From contig CAWEXP010000010.1 in the NCBI GenBank assembly GCA_963813065.1, positions 96,250-160,249 on the forward strand: 64,000 nt of DNA, given 5' to 3'. Below, one piece after another: positions 49,260 through 58,562 of this stretch; positions within the stretch are counted from its first letter, which is position 1; the number at the start of each line of letters is the position of its first letter. The notes beneath the pieces were generated by a model. It made no database searches. It was not told the origin of the DNA and saw only the letters and a program-made list of their open reading frames with translations. The position numbers and the translations under genes are program-made. Source of the DNA: Candidatus Kaiserbacteria bacterium. Its GTDB lineage: Bacteria; Patescibacteriota; Minisyncoccia; Phycocordibacterales; Phycocordibacteraceae.

Positions 49260-51914
49260 ATGATTACTAACCGCCTCGCGCTCTCGGGCATCGTTACCGC
49301 AGTGCTCCTCTTCGCGCCGCTCGTCGCCAATGCGCAGGCCGCTGTATCCTACTCAGCTAATTCCAACACTGGCTTCACCGTCTATAACGGAACGTGCAAT
49401 AGCGGCAGCGGAGGTTGTACCGATTACAATTCAAGCTGGGGCGCGAATCTTAAGTCTGACGCGCTCGCAAATGGTGGCCAATCCAACAACGGCTCGGCGA
49501 GTGGTATGTATCTTGAGCCCGGCTCTCACAGCTACAACAGTAGCTACTTCACTAATGGCTACCCAGATAATGCATGGTACGCAACGTCAGGCGGCGGGAG
49601 CCAATATTCGCAGTCCACGCTCAATCGTCTTTGCTACGATATTGACCCGAGCTACCCAGACCCGACTGCGACCGGCAGCGGCACCCATTATGATTACTCC
49701 AGCGGCAGCTCGAAAGATAACACCCTCCTATTCAGCGGCACACGTTGGTATCTGCTCGAGAACGACAGCACGTACAACACGCTCCTCTCGGGCAACAATG
49801 CGCTCCATGTCGTAAAGAGCCTCACCTGTAAGTCCTACCAATTACCACAGAACACACTGTCGGCAAGCGCCTACACTTCTTCGGTTCCCGGTACTGGCAT
49901 TACGCTCTCCTGGAGAGACACGTCCTATCACGATTCCCTCAAGCTGGGGCCGCTCGGAATCGGAACCGTCGGTATTGGAGCGAGTCATTGCTCCTTCAGC
50001 TGGTCAGATGCAACGACACAGAGTAACTATTACAGCCAGAGTTATGGACAATACACGGGTAGCGACACCGTCTATCCCGGTGCCGGTACCACCGTCTACC
50101 ACTACACCTGCACCAATGTGAATGGCACGACGGATGCCACTGCGACCATTACAGTCACTGCCGCCTGCGTCAGCAACCAGGGTCAGGCATGCAACATAAA
50201 CTCCTGCGGGGTGCAGGGCGGAACGTTCAATTGCGACGGCTCGTGCTCGGGAGCGACGCCTCCGACGAATAACAACCAGGCCTGCTCTGCGTCGAGTGCG
50301 TGTGGTACCAATAACGGTACCTACAATTGCAGCAATGTCTGCAGCGTTAGTGCGCCTCCGGTGCCAGGCAATCTCAATCAGGCCTGCCCATCTGCTCCTA
50401 ATGCTTGCGGACAGACGCAGTCGAACGGCACTTGGCAATGCAACGGCAGCTGTACTTCAACACCTCCCTCCAACGCCTCGTGCAACCAGCCACCCGCTAC
50501 ACCCACGCTGCAGGGGCTCTATAGCGCCGACGGCGGCACCTACTACGGCGCCTCTGCTCCGGCCAATAATCCAAGCGGCTATCGCATGTATGCCGCTGCA
50601 ACTGACCCAAACGGTGACAATACTGCGCTCTACTTCACCTGGTCGGGCATAAGCGCCGAGTGGGGTACACCCGTCTGGGTTGGCTCTGGCTCGTGGAGCT
50701 ACGACACCAAGCTCGCGAACGCTGGCCCTGGTACCTACTACGTGAACGCCGCTGCCTACGATAATCAAGCATGGGGGCCAACCTCCGGCTGGTATACGAT
50801 TACTCTCACGGCGCCTGCGCTCCCCGACCTCATCTCCGGCAATGTAACTCCGACGACCGCCGCTGCCACGGTTCCTCAAACGTATACAGCAACCATCTCG
50901 AATAACGGCACGGCGGCCGGTGCTTCAACAGCGCGCCTGCGCCGCGCGACCGACTCCTCAGGCACCGGTTCCACCGACATCGCTACAGCATCGGTAGCGG
51001 CGATTGGAGCGAATGGTAGCGCGCCGGCCTCCTTTACCGGCGTCGCGCTTCCATCCGGTACCTGGTACTTGAGCGCTTGCGCCGACAGCACCAATGTTGT
51101 CACTGAATCAGTCGAGACCAATAACTGTAGCCCACTGTGGACTGCAGTTGTGTCGAGCTACCCCTCCATCCCCTCGGGCGGGAACAGTATCTCCTGCTCA
51201 GTCTCGCCGACTACGGGTAACACGAGCACCACCTACACCTGGACGGCCTCGGGTGCCTCGGGCGGCAATGGCGGCCCCTATACCTACCACTGGGGAGGCA
51301 CCGCTCTTGCCGGGATGACCGGTAACCCAGTGACGGTCAACAACTATAGTGCCGGTGGTCCCTATGGCGGTACGGTGTACGTGACCGACTCTGCGGGGGA
51401 TACATCGAGTACGGTTACCTGCGGCAATTCAGTGACCGTGAGCGCGGCGCCTGCCTGCTCGACGCTCACCGCGAGCCCCTCCACTATTGTTGCAGGCGGG
51501 CAAGTCACGCTCACCTGGTCGTGTCAGAATGCCGCCTCTTGCACCGCGCTCCCTAACTCCGACGGATTCTCCACCGGTGCGACCAATCCTGCCTCGGGGT
51601 CGACTCCCGTGACGCCGAACGAGAGCGGCGGCCAGGTGACTTATGGCATGACCTGCGGCGGTGCATCCTTCAACTTCCCGGCGGTTACCATTCTCCAGCC
51701 GCAGGCAACCATCACTGCTAATCCGGTGCGCGTCGCCTCGGGAGCTAATTCCACCATCACCTGGAGTTCTTCGAACGTGAGGAGTTGTACCGAGAGCGGC
51801 CCGGGACTCTCAACGAGTACGCAGTCGGGTAATCAGACGATCAGTAACATTGCGAAGCAGTCGGTCTATACCATCACCTGTCAGACAAATAGCTCAAGCG
51901 CGTCCCGACCGTGA
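49260..51914 (+). CDS. Large secreted Cys/Ser/Thr/Gly/Asn-rich protein with CARDB-like and Cys-knot-like repeats
   Basis: Signal peptide MITNRLALSGIVTAVLLFAPLVANA; multiple C-x-C repeats; a CARDB-like segment PDLISGNVTPTTAAATVPQTYTATISNNGTAAGAS. The last few codons may continue in another frame (...PTVTNSVTVNVNGSINQF*). Confidence 0.5.
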   Translation: MITNRLALSGIVTAVLLFAPLVANAQAAVSYSANSNTGFTVYNGTCNSGSGGCTDYNSSWGANLKSDALANGGQSNNGSASGMYLEPGSHSYNSSYFTNGYPDNAWYATSGGGSQYSQSTLNRLCYDIDPSYPDPTATGSGTHYDYSSGSSKDNTLLFSGTRWYLLENDSTYNTLLSGNNALHVVKSLTCKSYQLPQNTLSASAYTSSVPGTGITLSWRDTSYHDSLKLGPLGIGTVGIGASHCSFSWSDATTQSNYYSQSYGQYTGSDTVYPGAGTTVYHYTCTNVNGTTDATATITVTAACVSNQGQACNINSCGVQGGTFNCDGSCSGATPPTNNNQACSASSACGTNNGTYNCSNVCSVSAPPVPGNLNQACPSAPNACGQTQSNGTWQCNGSCTSTPPSNASCNQPPATPTLQGLYSADGGTYYGASAPANNPSGYRMYAAATDPNGDNTALYFTWSGISAEWGTPVWVGSGSWSYDTKLANAGPGTYYVNAAAYDNQAWGPTSGWYTITLTAPALPDLISGNVTPTTAAATVPQTYTATISNNGTAAGASTARLRRATDSSGTGSTDIATASVAAIGANGSAPASFTGVALPSGTWYLSACADSTNVVTESVETNNCSPLWTAVVSSYPSIPSGGNSISCSVSPTTGNTSTTYTWTASGASGGNGGPYTYHWGGTALAGMTGNPVTVNNYSAGGPYGGTVYVTDSAGDTSSTVTCGNSVTVSAAPACSTLTASPSTIVAGGQVTLTWSCQNAASCTALPNSDGFSTGATNPASGSTPVTPNESGGQVTYGMTCGGASFNFPAVTILQPQATITANPVRVASGANSTITWSSSNVRSCTESGPGLSTSTQSGNQTISNIAKQSVYTITCQTNSSSASRP

Positions 51915-51963
51915 CCAACTCCGTGACCGTCAACGTGAACGGTAGCATTAATCAGTTCTAGTT

Positions 51964-52329
51964 ATGGCACCTACCCGCATGAAAATCTCACCCGCACTCT
52001 TCCTGGCGCTCGTGCTGCTGGCCGCTCCGCTGGCCGCGTTTGCCCAGACGCCACCACCACCGGTCGACCTCTCGCACGTCGCTCCGCCTCCTGAGCCGGC
52101 GCCGACGAAGCCGCTCCCGTCGACTCCGCTCCCCACGGTCAAGCACAATCTCTCAGGTGGGGAAATAGCCCCTGCCGCTACCGTCCCGCCCTCCGCTGCA
52201 ACAAGCACAGCCGCCAAGGCTGCTCCTCATGCTGCCTCGACGCTCTATCTCGTGCTCGGCCTTATCGTCGTCATTGGGCTCGCACTCATCATCTACGCGG
52301 TTGCGCATAGGAGGCAGCGGCTCGTCTAG
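51964..52329 (+). CDS. Small secreted proline-rich protein with a C-terminal TM anchor
   Basis: Signal peptide MKISPALFLALVLLAAPLAAFA, P-rich core, and C-terminal LYLVLGLIVVIGLALIIYAVAHRRQR. Confidence 0.35.
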   Translation: MAPTRMKISPALFLALVLLAAPLAAFAQTPPPPVDLSHVAPPPEPAPTKPLPSTPLPTVKHNLSGGEIAPAATVPPSAATSTAAKAAPHAASTLYLVLGLIVVIGLALIIYAVAHRRQRLV

Positions 52330-52371
52330 GCACTTGGCGGCGCGCGGGCCATCTGCTATAGTCCTGTGGCA

Positions 52372-52620
52372 ATGAAGAAAGACATCCATCCCACCACCTA
52401 TCGCCAGGTCATCTTCGAGGACCTCGCCTCCGGTGCTCAGTTCCTTATCGGCTCTACTGTCCGTACGAGCGAGAAGGGTACCTATCAGGGCAAGGAGTAC
52501 TCTAAGATGGTGGTCGAGATTTCGAGCAAGTCGCACCCGTTCTACACCGGCGAAGATCGCTCGCTCGACACCACAGGCCGTGTCGAACGTTTCAAACAGC
52601 GCGCCTCTAAGAAAAAGTAG
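52372..52620 (+). CDS. rpmE: Ribosomal protein L31 (type B, no Cys)
   Basis: MKKDIHPTTYRQVIFEDLASGAQFLIGSTV...HPFYTG. Confidence 0.85.
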   Translation: MKKDIHPTTYRQVIFEDLASGAQFLIGSTVRTSEKGTYQGKEYSKMVVEISSKSHPFYTGEDRSLDTTGRVERFKQRASKKK

Positions 52621-52647
52621 GAATGTGAGGACTTACGAAGTCCAAAC

Positions 52648-53646
52648 ATGGGCGCGTATTCGTGCTTTACTTTGCCTGTGGACTATTCTCCTGAATTCAA
52701 AATCAATCATCAGACCGCGTACCTCGCGGAGGAATACGAGCGCCTCGCGCGCGAGCTCCTCGGCGTGCATGCGGCCGCCGGCGAGGACCCGGAGCTGATG
52801 CAGATGGCCGACGAAGATGCCGCGCGCATCAGCAATCGACAGAAAGAAATTCTCGTCGACATCGAGCGCATTATGAATAAAGAAAAAGAAGAAGCCGCGA
52901 AGCCGCTCGCGGTCGTGCTCGAACTCCGTGCGGCCGCCGGTGGCGATGAAGCAAGTATTTTTGCACGTGAGCTCAAGGAGATGTACGAGAAATATGCAGC
53001 GACCAAAGGCTGGAAGGTGCGCACCATCGACGACTTAACCCTCGAGATCGCGGGCACCGACGCCTACGACGCGCTCCGCTACGAGACCGGCGTGCATCGC
53101 GTCCAGAGAGTGCCCGCGACCGAGAAGAATGGGCGCATCCACACCAGCACCGCATCGGTTGCGGCGCTCCCTATCCGCACCAAGCCGCTTTTCGAAATAA
53201 ATCCCGCCGACATCGAGATGGAATTCTCGCGCTCGGGTGGGGCAGGGGGCCAGAACGTGAACAAGGTCGAGACCGCGGTGCGCCTCATCCACAAGCCAAC
53301 GGGTGTCGACGTGCGCTCTTCGAGCGAGCGATCGCAAAAGGCAAACCGAGAGAAGGCCCTGCAGATTCTCGCCGCCAAACTCGAGCAAGCATACGAAGAG
53401 GAGGTGGCACAGAAGAACGCCGCCGAACGCAAGGCGCAGATCGGCACCGGCGACCGCTCGGAAAAGATTCGCACCTACAACTTCCTCCAGGATCGTGTCA
53501 CCGACCACCGGCTTAAAGAGTCCTGGCACAACCTACCCGCGATCATGGCGGGCGGCATCGGCGGTATTGTGTCTGCCTTGCAAACTGCGGCGGAGTCGGG
53601 TACAGTAGCCGGAAATGACGGAGATGAGTCAGACCAAGGAGATTGA
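52648..53646 (+). CDS. prfA: Peptide chain release factor 1
   Basis: [16 protein letters not shown]..., the GGQ motif [26 protein letters not shown], and [10 protein letters not shown]. Confidence 0.85.
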   Translation: MGAYSCFTLPVDYSPEFKINHQTAYLAEEYERLARELLGVHAAAGEDPELMQMADEDAARISNRQKEILVDIERIMNKEKEEAAKPLAVVLELRAAAGGDEASIFARELKEMYEKYAATKGWKVRTIDDLTLEIAGTDAYDALRYETGVHRVQRVPATEKNGRIHTSTASVAALPIRTKPLFEINPADIEMEFSRSGGAGGQNVNKVETAVRLIHKPTGVDVRSSSERSQKANREKALQILAAKLEQAYEEEVAQKNAAERKAQIGTGDRSEKIRTYNFLQDRVTDHRLKESWHNLPAIMAGGIGGIVSALQTAAESGTVAGNDGDESDQGD

Positions 53647-54313
53647 GCGCCTGTACAACGCAGGCGCGCATTTTGCGCAGGTGCGGAGCCGCCGCCACCC
53701 CTCGATGAAGCCCTTCCTCGTGGGCGCTTCCGGCCGCACCGAGATAATCGACCTCGCCAAGACCGAGAGCCAGATTGAGGCGGCCAAGGCCGTCCTCGCG
53801 GCCATGGCCAAAGAGGGCAAGACCGTCCTCTTCGTCGGTGGTAAGGCCGAAATTGCCGGACTCGTGAAGTCCGCGGCCGTGAAGGCTGGCGCGCCCTATG
53901 TCGCGACGCGTTGGCTCGGCGGTACCATCAGCAATTGGGTCGAGATCAAGAAGCGCATCGACCGCCTCGCTGACCTCGCTGAGCGCCGCGCCGCGGGTAC
54001 CCTCGCCAAGCAACACACCAAGCTCGAAGTCGTGCTCCTCGACCGCGAAGAGAAGCGCCTCGCCGAGCGTCTCGATGGCATCACCGCGCTCGCGAAACGT
54101 CCGGACATGCTCCTCGTCGTCGACCCGAAGCACGAGAAGCATGCAATCAAAGAGGCCAAGGACGCCGGCATTCCGGTGGTCGCGCTGATGAGCTCTGACT
54201 GCAATCTCGCCGACGCGACGTATCCGATTATCGTGAACGACGCCTCGCGCTCCACCATCGAGCTCGTGCTCGGCGAGCTGGTCGAGGCGTTCGAGAAGGG
54301 ACGGGCGGCATAA
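53615..54313 (+). CDS. rpsB: Ribosomal protein S2
   Basis: [72 protein letters not shown]. Confidence 0.9.
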   Translation: MTEMSQTKEIERLYNAGAHFAQVRSRRHPSMKPFLVGASGRTEIIDLAKTESQIEAAKAVLAAMAKEGKTVLFVGGKAEIAGLVKSAAVKAGAPYVATRWLGGTISNWVEIKKRIDRLADLAERRAAGTLAKQHTKLEVVLLDREEKRLAERLDGITALAKRPDMLLVVDPKHEKHAIKEAKDAGIPVVALMSSDCNLADATYPIIVNDASRSTIELVLGELVEAFEKGRAA

Positions 54314-54451
54314 CCGCGCCTCGCGGCATCCATAATTTTGGGTACGCGATTTTCTTGCTAGAAAATCGCTCAGTCCTCACGCCGTCGCGTTGCGGAGCCC
54401 CAAAATTACGGACGCCGCCCGGCACTATCACATGATATAATTTTCACACTT

Positions 54452-55033
54452 ATGGAAATCACCACCGACATCATTAAACAGCTCCGCGACAAGACCGGCC
54501 TCTCGGTCATGCAGTGCAAGAAGGCAATCGAGGAGGCGAAAGGCGATCTCGCCCAGGCCGAAGTCATTTTGAAAAAGCGTTCGGCAGAGGCCGCAGAGAA
54601 GAAGGCGGAGCGCACGCTCGGCGCAGGCGTGATTGGTGTGTATGTCCACGAAGGCGCCATTGGTGCGATGGCGCACCTCTCCTCGGAGAGCGATTTCGTT
54701 GCGAAAAATCCTGAATTTGTCGCCCTCGCGCGCGAGATTGCGATGCAGGTTGCGGCCACCGACCCGAAGTATGTTTCCGTTGCCGCGATTCCCGCAGAGG
54801 TGAAGAACGCGGCGACCGCCGTCTTCGAGAAAGAGATCGCAGGTAAGCCCGCCGAGATGCAGGCCAAGATTCTCGACGGCAAACTCGCATCCTATTTCCG
54901 CGAGCAAGTCCTGCTTGAACAGCCATACATCAAGGATGAGAGCAAGACCGTTCATGATCTCTTGAACGAAGCCACACAGAAATTCGGCGAGCGCGTTGAG
55001 GTGACGCAATTCGCGCGCCTCTCGGTGCGCTAG
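54452..55033 (+). CDS. tsf: Elongation factor Ts (short form)
   Basis: N-terminal UBA-like IKQLRDKTGLSVMQCKKAIEEAKGDLAQAEVILKK, then the dimerisation core. Confidence 0.85.
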   Translation: MEITTDIIKQLRDKTGLSVMQCKKAIEEAKGDLAQAEVILKKRSAEAAEKKAERTLGAGVIGVYVHEGAIGAMAHLSSESDFVAKNPEFVALAREIAMQVAATDPKYVSVAAIPAEVKNAATAVFEKEIAGKPAEMQAKILDGKLASYFREQVLLEQPYIKDESKTVHDLLNEATQKFGERVEVTQFARLSVR

Positions 55034-55037
55034 TGCA

Positions 55038-55457
55038 ATGGCGTATCTTATTTTTCTTCTTTTCACCATCGCGCTCCTCGGCGGTTTCCTTGCAGTGACC
55101 GCCCTCGAGACGCGACGCGGGGTGCGTGTCTTTCCCCAGCAACGCGCACGTCTCGATCGTGAGGCAGAGCGTGCCGCGTTCATCATTGCGCATGTCGATT
55201 TCGCGAGTTACCTGCGTGAAGAATCGCGTCGCCTCATCGAGCGCATGAGCCACGACCTCGTGCACCTCTCGCTCCAGACCGTGCGCGCGGCTGAGCGTAT
55301 CTTGACACGTCTCGTGCGTCGCCTCCGGACACGCGAGGGGAGCACGCTCGACGCGCCGCGCGAGAGTGCACGCGAGTTCGTGAAGACCTTGGCCGACTTC
55401 AAGGGTCATCTCGAGGCGACACGTCCCGAGATCCCTGATATCAACGAGGTACAATAA
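55038..55457 (+). CDS. Hypothetical protein with an N-terminal TM helix
   Basis: MAYLIFLLFTIALLGGFLAVTAL then an Arg-rich helical region; no recognisable family. Confidence 0.35.
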   Translation: MAYLIFLLFTIALLGGFLAVTALETRRGVRVFPQQRARLDREAERAAFIIAHVDFASYLREESRRLIERMSHDLVHLSLQTVRAAERILTRLVRRLRTREGSTLDAPRESAREFVKTLADFKGHLEATRPEIPDINEVQ

Positions 55458-55462
55458 AAACA

Positions 55463-55537
55463 CGCCGCCCTAGCTCAGTTGGTAGAGCGCCACTTTTGTA
55501 AAGTGGATGTCCCAGTTCGAATCTGGGGGGCGGCTCC
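55463..55537 (+). tRNA. tRNA-Thr (anticodon TGT)
   Basis: 75 nt with a cloverleaf that folds: acceptor GCCGCCC/GGGCGGC, D-arm GCTC...GAGC, anticodon stem CCACT/AGTGG with loop TTTGTAA, T-arm CCCAG-TTCGAAT-CTGGG, and an encoded CCA. Confidence 0.8.
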
Positions 55538-55544
55538 AAAATCC

Positions 55545-56292
55545 ACTCGTGGCGGTGAAACCGCCACACCGTCAGAAAGCTCAGTGCTAAACTATTTTCG
55601 ATATGAGTACGAGGAAGACCCCATTTGCAATTGGTGAGTTCTATCACATCTTCAATCGGGGAGTCGACAAGCGAATAATTTTTACCGATACACACGACAC
55701 AGACAGATTCTTCAAAAGTTTGGTCGAATTCAACGCCACCGATCCGATAGGAAGTCTTTATGAAAACTCTCGTTACCAACGTGGCGGTGAAACCGCCACA
55801 CCGTCAGAGAAACTAGTTAACATAATTGCCTACTGTCTCAATCCGAATCACTATCATCTTATTTTGGAACAGTTAGTTGATGGCGGTATTAGTGAATTTC
55901 TGAAAAGGATTGGCGGATACACTTGGTATTTCAATAACAAATATAAAAGAAACGGCTCCCTGTTTCAGGGCGTATTTAAATCAGTCCACATAGACTCAAA
56001 TGAGTATCTGCTTCACGTCAGCGCGTACGTAAACCTGAATGGTCATGTACACAAACTTGATAGCACGAATACCCAGCTAGTTTCGAGCAGATCAAGCTGG
56101 GGAGAATATACCGAAAAAGGAGCGAGAGGAATTTGTGAAAAAGAGATTGTTCTTGGGCAATTTGGAAATAACGATGAGTACAAAGAGTTCGCGCTCTCGT
56201 CCTTGGAAGCAATCATCCAAAGAAAAGAGGAACTGAAGGATTTCGATACTTTCTTGCTCGAAGAGCCCGAATGGCGGTGAAACCGCCACGAT
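55545..56292 (+). mobile_element. REPtron 4: RayT-type transposase immediately downstream of tRNA-Thr, with perfect palindrome REP4 (GTGGCGGTGAAACCGCCAC) upstream, internal and overlapping the stop
   Basis: REP4 at 55548-55566, 55781-55799 (internal; encodes RGGETATP) and 56273-56290 (contains the TGA stop). Confidence 0.65.
55603..56280 (+). CDS. REP-associated tyrosine transposase (RayT/IS200-like) copy 4
   Basis: EFYHIFNRGVDKR, HUH motif NHYHLIL, and a Y-motif region. Confidence 0.75.
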   Translation: MSTRKTPFAIGEFYHIFNRGVDKRIIFTDTHDTDRFFKSLVEFNATDPIGSLYENSRYQRGGETATPSEKLVNIIAYCLNPNHYHLILEQLVDGGISEFLKRIGGYTWYFNNKYKRNGSLFQGVFKSVHIDSNEYLLHVSAYVNLNGHVHKLDSTNTQLVSSRSSWGEYTEKGARGICEKEIVLGQFGNNDEYKEFALSSLEAIIQRKEELKDFDTFLLEEPEWR

Positions 56293-56328
56293 TAATAAAA
56301 AAGCGGCGGGAAGATTCCCGCCGCCTGA

Positions 56329-56514
56329 TCATTGTTTCGATTTTTTGATGGCTTCGACGATGCTATCCGTCGCAGCCGCAACAGCAAGCACGATGCATAT
56401 CATACCCACTAAAATCAGGACGCCTAGAGAGCCGATGGTCGATATGTTTGGGCCAACGACGACTCCTACCACTACCAGCGGGAGCAGGCTAAACAAAACG
56501 CGCAAATACGTCAT
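56329..56514 (-). CDS. Small hydrophobic (two-TM) peptide; speculative
   Basis: 61-aa ORF made almost entirely of two TM helices; no other support. Confidence 0.2.
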   Translation of the reverse strand: MTYLRVLFSLLPLVVVGVVVGPNISTIGSLGVLILVGMICIVLAVAAATDSIVEAIKKSKQ

Positions 56515-56598
56515 GAGGGAACCTCTTCATTCAACTTACGACACCGCGTGTATCGCAAGGCCTTCTATAGTATATACAAACCTACAGAACTGTCAAGT

Positions 56599-57267
56599 TT
56601 ATTTCGTCGGCGTGCTCGTGGAGAGTGCGCCTTTCGGGAATTCTTTTTCGAGATCGGCGAGAGTAGTGAAGCCGCTATAGGATTTCCCGTTGATGATGAA
56701 CGAGGGAAGCCCGGAACCATTCACCTTCGAGATAGTGAGCAGTGTTTTCAATGCGCTCAGGTCGAGATGGTAGTCAAACGAGTAGACGCGCAGGTTGGGA
56801 TACGTCGTGCGCAAATAAGAAAGCGCGTAGCCGGCCTTATTGCAATCACTGCAGTCGCCCGCGTTACTGTAGAAATAGAGCACGGTCACCGGGTGCGTAC
56901 CGCAGGCGGCGGCGAGCTGTTTCGTCACGAGATAGTCGCGAATCTCGAGGAGTGAATACTGTTGCTTCAGTCGCACCACTTGCTGATTCGTCGCGCCGAG
57001 CTGACTCTCAGCATAGGAGAGGCGGTCACCGAGATCCGTGAGCTCGCCGGTCAGGTCGGTCGACGAGGCGGTGCTGTCGCAAGGCGCCGCCTCGAGGAGC
57101 GAGAACTGAGTGTCGAGCGAGAGGGTATCGATCGAGAGTTGGTCCTCGATGGCGCTCAGGTCGGCGACGCGCTGACTGTTGAGATAATCGATGGCGTACG
57201 CAATCGTGCCCACGAGGACAAGAGTGATACCAAGTGCGATGAGCGCATTGCGCAGGACGAGAGACAT
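56599..57267 (-). CDS. Membrane-anchored thioredoxin-fold (DsbA/TlpA-like) protein with a CxxC motif
   Basis: N-terminal TM helix, VTVLYFYSNAGDCSDCNKAGYAL, and a C-terminal FIINGKSYSG typical of a thioredoxin fold. Confidence 0.4.
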   Translation of the reverse strand: MSLVLRNALIALGITLVLVGTIAYAIDYLNSQRVADLSAIEDQLSIDTLSLDTQFSLLEAAPCDSTASSTDLTGELTDLGDRLSYAESQLGATNQQVVRLKQQYSLLEIRDYLVTKQLAAACGTHPVTVLYFYSNAGDCSDCNKAGYALSYLRTTYPNLRVYSFDYHLDLSALKTLLTISKVNGSGLPSFIINGKSYSGFTTLADLEKEFPKGALSTSTPTK

Positions 57268-57276
57268 GGCTCCAAC

Positions 57277-58545
57277 TTAACGCCAAAGGCGCCGCTTGCC
57301 AAGGGCGACATCAACCGAGGCGCGAACGAGCCACAGAGGCGCGATAAGCCCATAGAGCAGGACATACGAAAATATCCCGAGACCTAAGGAACCGGGCGTA
57401 TTCGAAATTTTCTTGCCGATGGCAATCATGGTGATTGCGCCGATGACGGTAATGGCCGCGAGCAGGGTATAGAGGCTGGCGGGGAAGTAGAACCAATCGA
57501 TTCCTCTGTGCGGGAGGAGCGAGTATGAAAGGGGGACGCCCACGCGGATTTCGATGGCGGTGATGAGATGACGAGCGAATTCGAAGAGGGCGAGACCGAA
57601 GAGGAGAATACTGCTCCCGATGGTCAGGATGCCGACGGGGAGCGTGATGAGGCCGAGCGCGCCATACTGGGAACTGCCAATCATATCGCGATATTCGTTA
57701 AACACGTTGCGCATGAAGCCGCTGGTCCAGCGCGTGCGTTGCTTCACGAGCGCGAGGACGTTGGTCGGCGCTTTGGTGTAGACGCGGGCGCGTTGTGCGT
57801 TCGCGATCTGGTAGCCGCCCTTCTGGAGGCGGAGCGCCATCTCGAGATCCTCGGTCTGGTGGCCATGCTTAAAGCCGCCGAGCGCGACCACCGCTGAGCG
57901 TCGATAGATGGAGAATGGTCCCGGTGTCACGTGAATGCCGCCCACCACGGAGAGCGCGTTCTGACGGATGATGCCGAAAATGTATTCGGCGTTCTGCATA
58001 TGCTGGAGTAAGTTTTGCGGGCGATAGACCGACATCGCCGCAGTTGTCGCGCCGATGTGTGGATCCGCGAAGTGCGGCGTCATCTCGCGCAAGCTCCCAG
58101 GCTCGACGAATGAGTCCGCGTCGAGGCAACCGATGAGTTCTGCGTTGGTGAGTGCGATGCCCGCATTGACCGCGTAATGCTTGCCGCGCTTTTCTTCGCG
58201 CAAGATGCGTATCTGCGGATTCCCGCGATAGCGCTCCATCACCTGCGGCGTATCGTCGGTCGAAGAATTGTCGACCAAAATAATTTCGAGACGGTCCTTG
58301 GGATAATCGAGCGCGAGGAGTGAGTCGGCCGTCGCCGCGACGGTCTCGCCCTCGTTCCAGCAGGGGACGATAATCGCGACGGTGGGGAGCAGGTCAGAAT
58401 TGCCCGTGGCTGGTGCCATCTTGCGCGACGTGCGTGCGGGCTTGGAGAGGAAGGTTACGAGGATAAACGACTCTATGAAGAGCGCGAGAATGAGGAAGGG
58501 GTAGGCGATCAGCTCTGGGCCCATGGTGGCGCTACTATACCACAA
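57277..58545 (-). CDS. Membrane glycosyltransferase family 2 (PgaC/cellulose-synthase-like processive GT)
   Basis: VAIIVPCWNE, LVDNSSTDDT, CLDADSF, QTEDLE, and QRTRW (the QxxRW motif), followed by C-terminal TM helices. Confidence 0.7.
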   Translation of the reverse strand: MWYSSATMGPELIAYPFLILALFIESFILVTFLSKPARTSRKMAPATGNSDLLPTVAIIVPCWNEGETVAATADSLLALDYPKDRLEIILVDNSSTDDTPQVMERYRGNPQIRILREEKRGKHYAVNAGIALTNAELIGCLDADSFVEPGSLREMTPHFADPHIGATTAAMSVYRPQNLLQHMQNAEYIFGIIRQNALSVVGGIHVTPGPFSIYRRSAVVALGGFKHGHQTEDLEMALRLQKGGYQIANAQRARVYTKAPTNVLALVKQRTRWTSGFMRNVFNEYRDMIGSSQYGALGLITLPVGILTIGSSILLFGLALFEFARHLITAIEIRVGVPLSYSLLPHRGIDWFYFPASLYTLLAAITVIGAITMIAIGKKISNTPGSLGLGIFSYVLLYGLIAPLWLVRASVDVALGKRRLWR

Positions 58546-58562
58546 TCTGGTATATTTGCTGG

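Noticed and set aside
51880-51960. Possible C-terminal frameshift extending the CARDB-like protein (...PTVTNSVTVNVNGSINQF*)
   Set aside because: Only about 20 extra codons; plausible but not supportable from sequence alone.
52648-53646. Programmed +1 frameshift of a release-factor gene
   Set aside because: This gene is prfA (RF1, GGQ present, single ORF). The programmed shift is a feature of prfB, which is not in this window.
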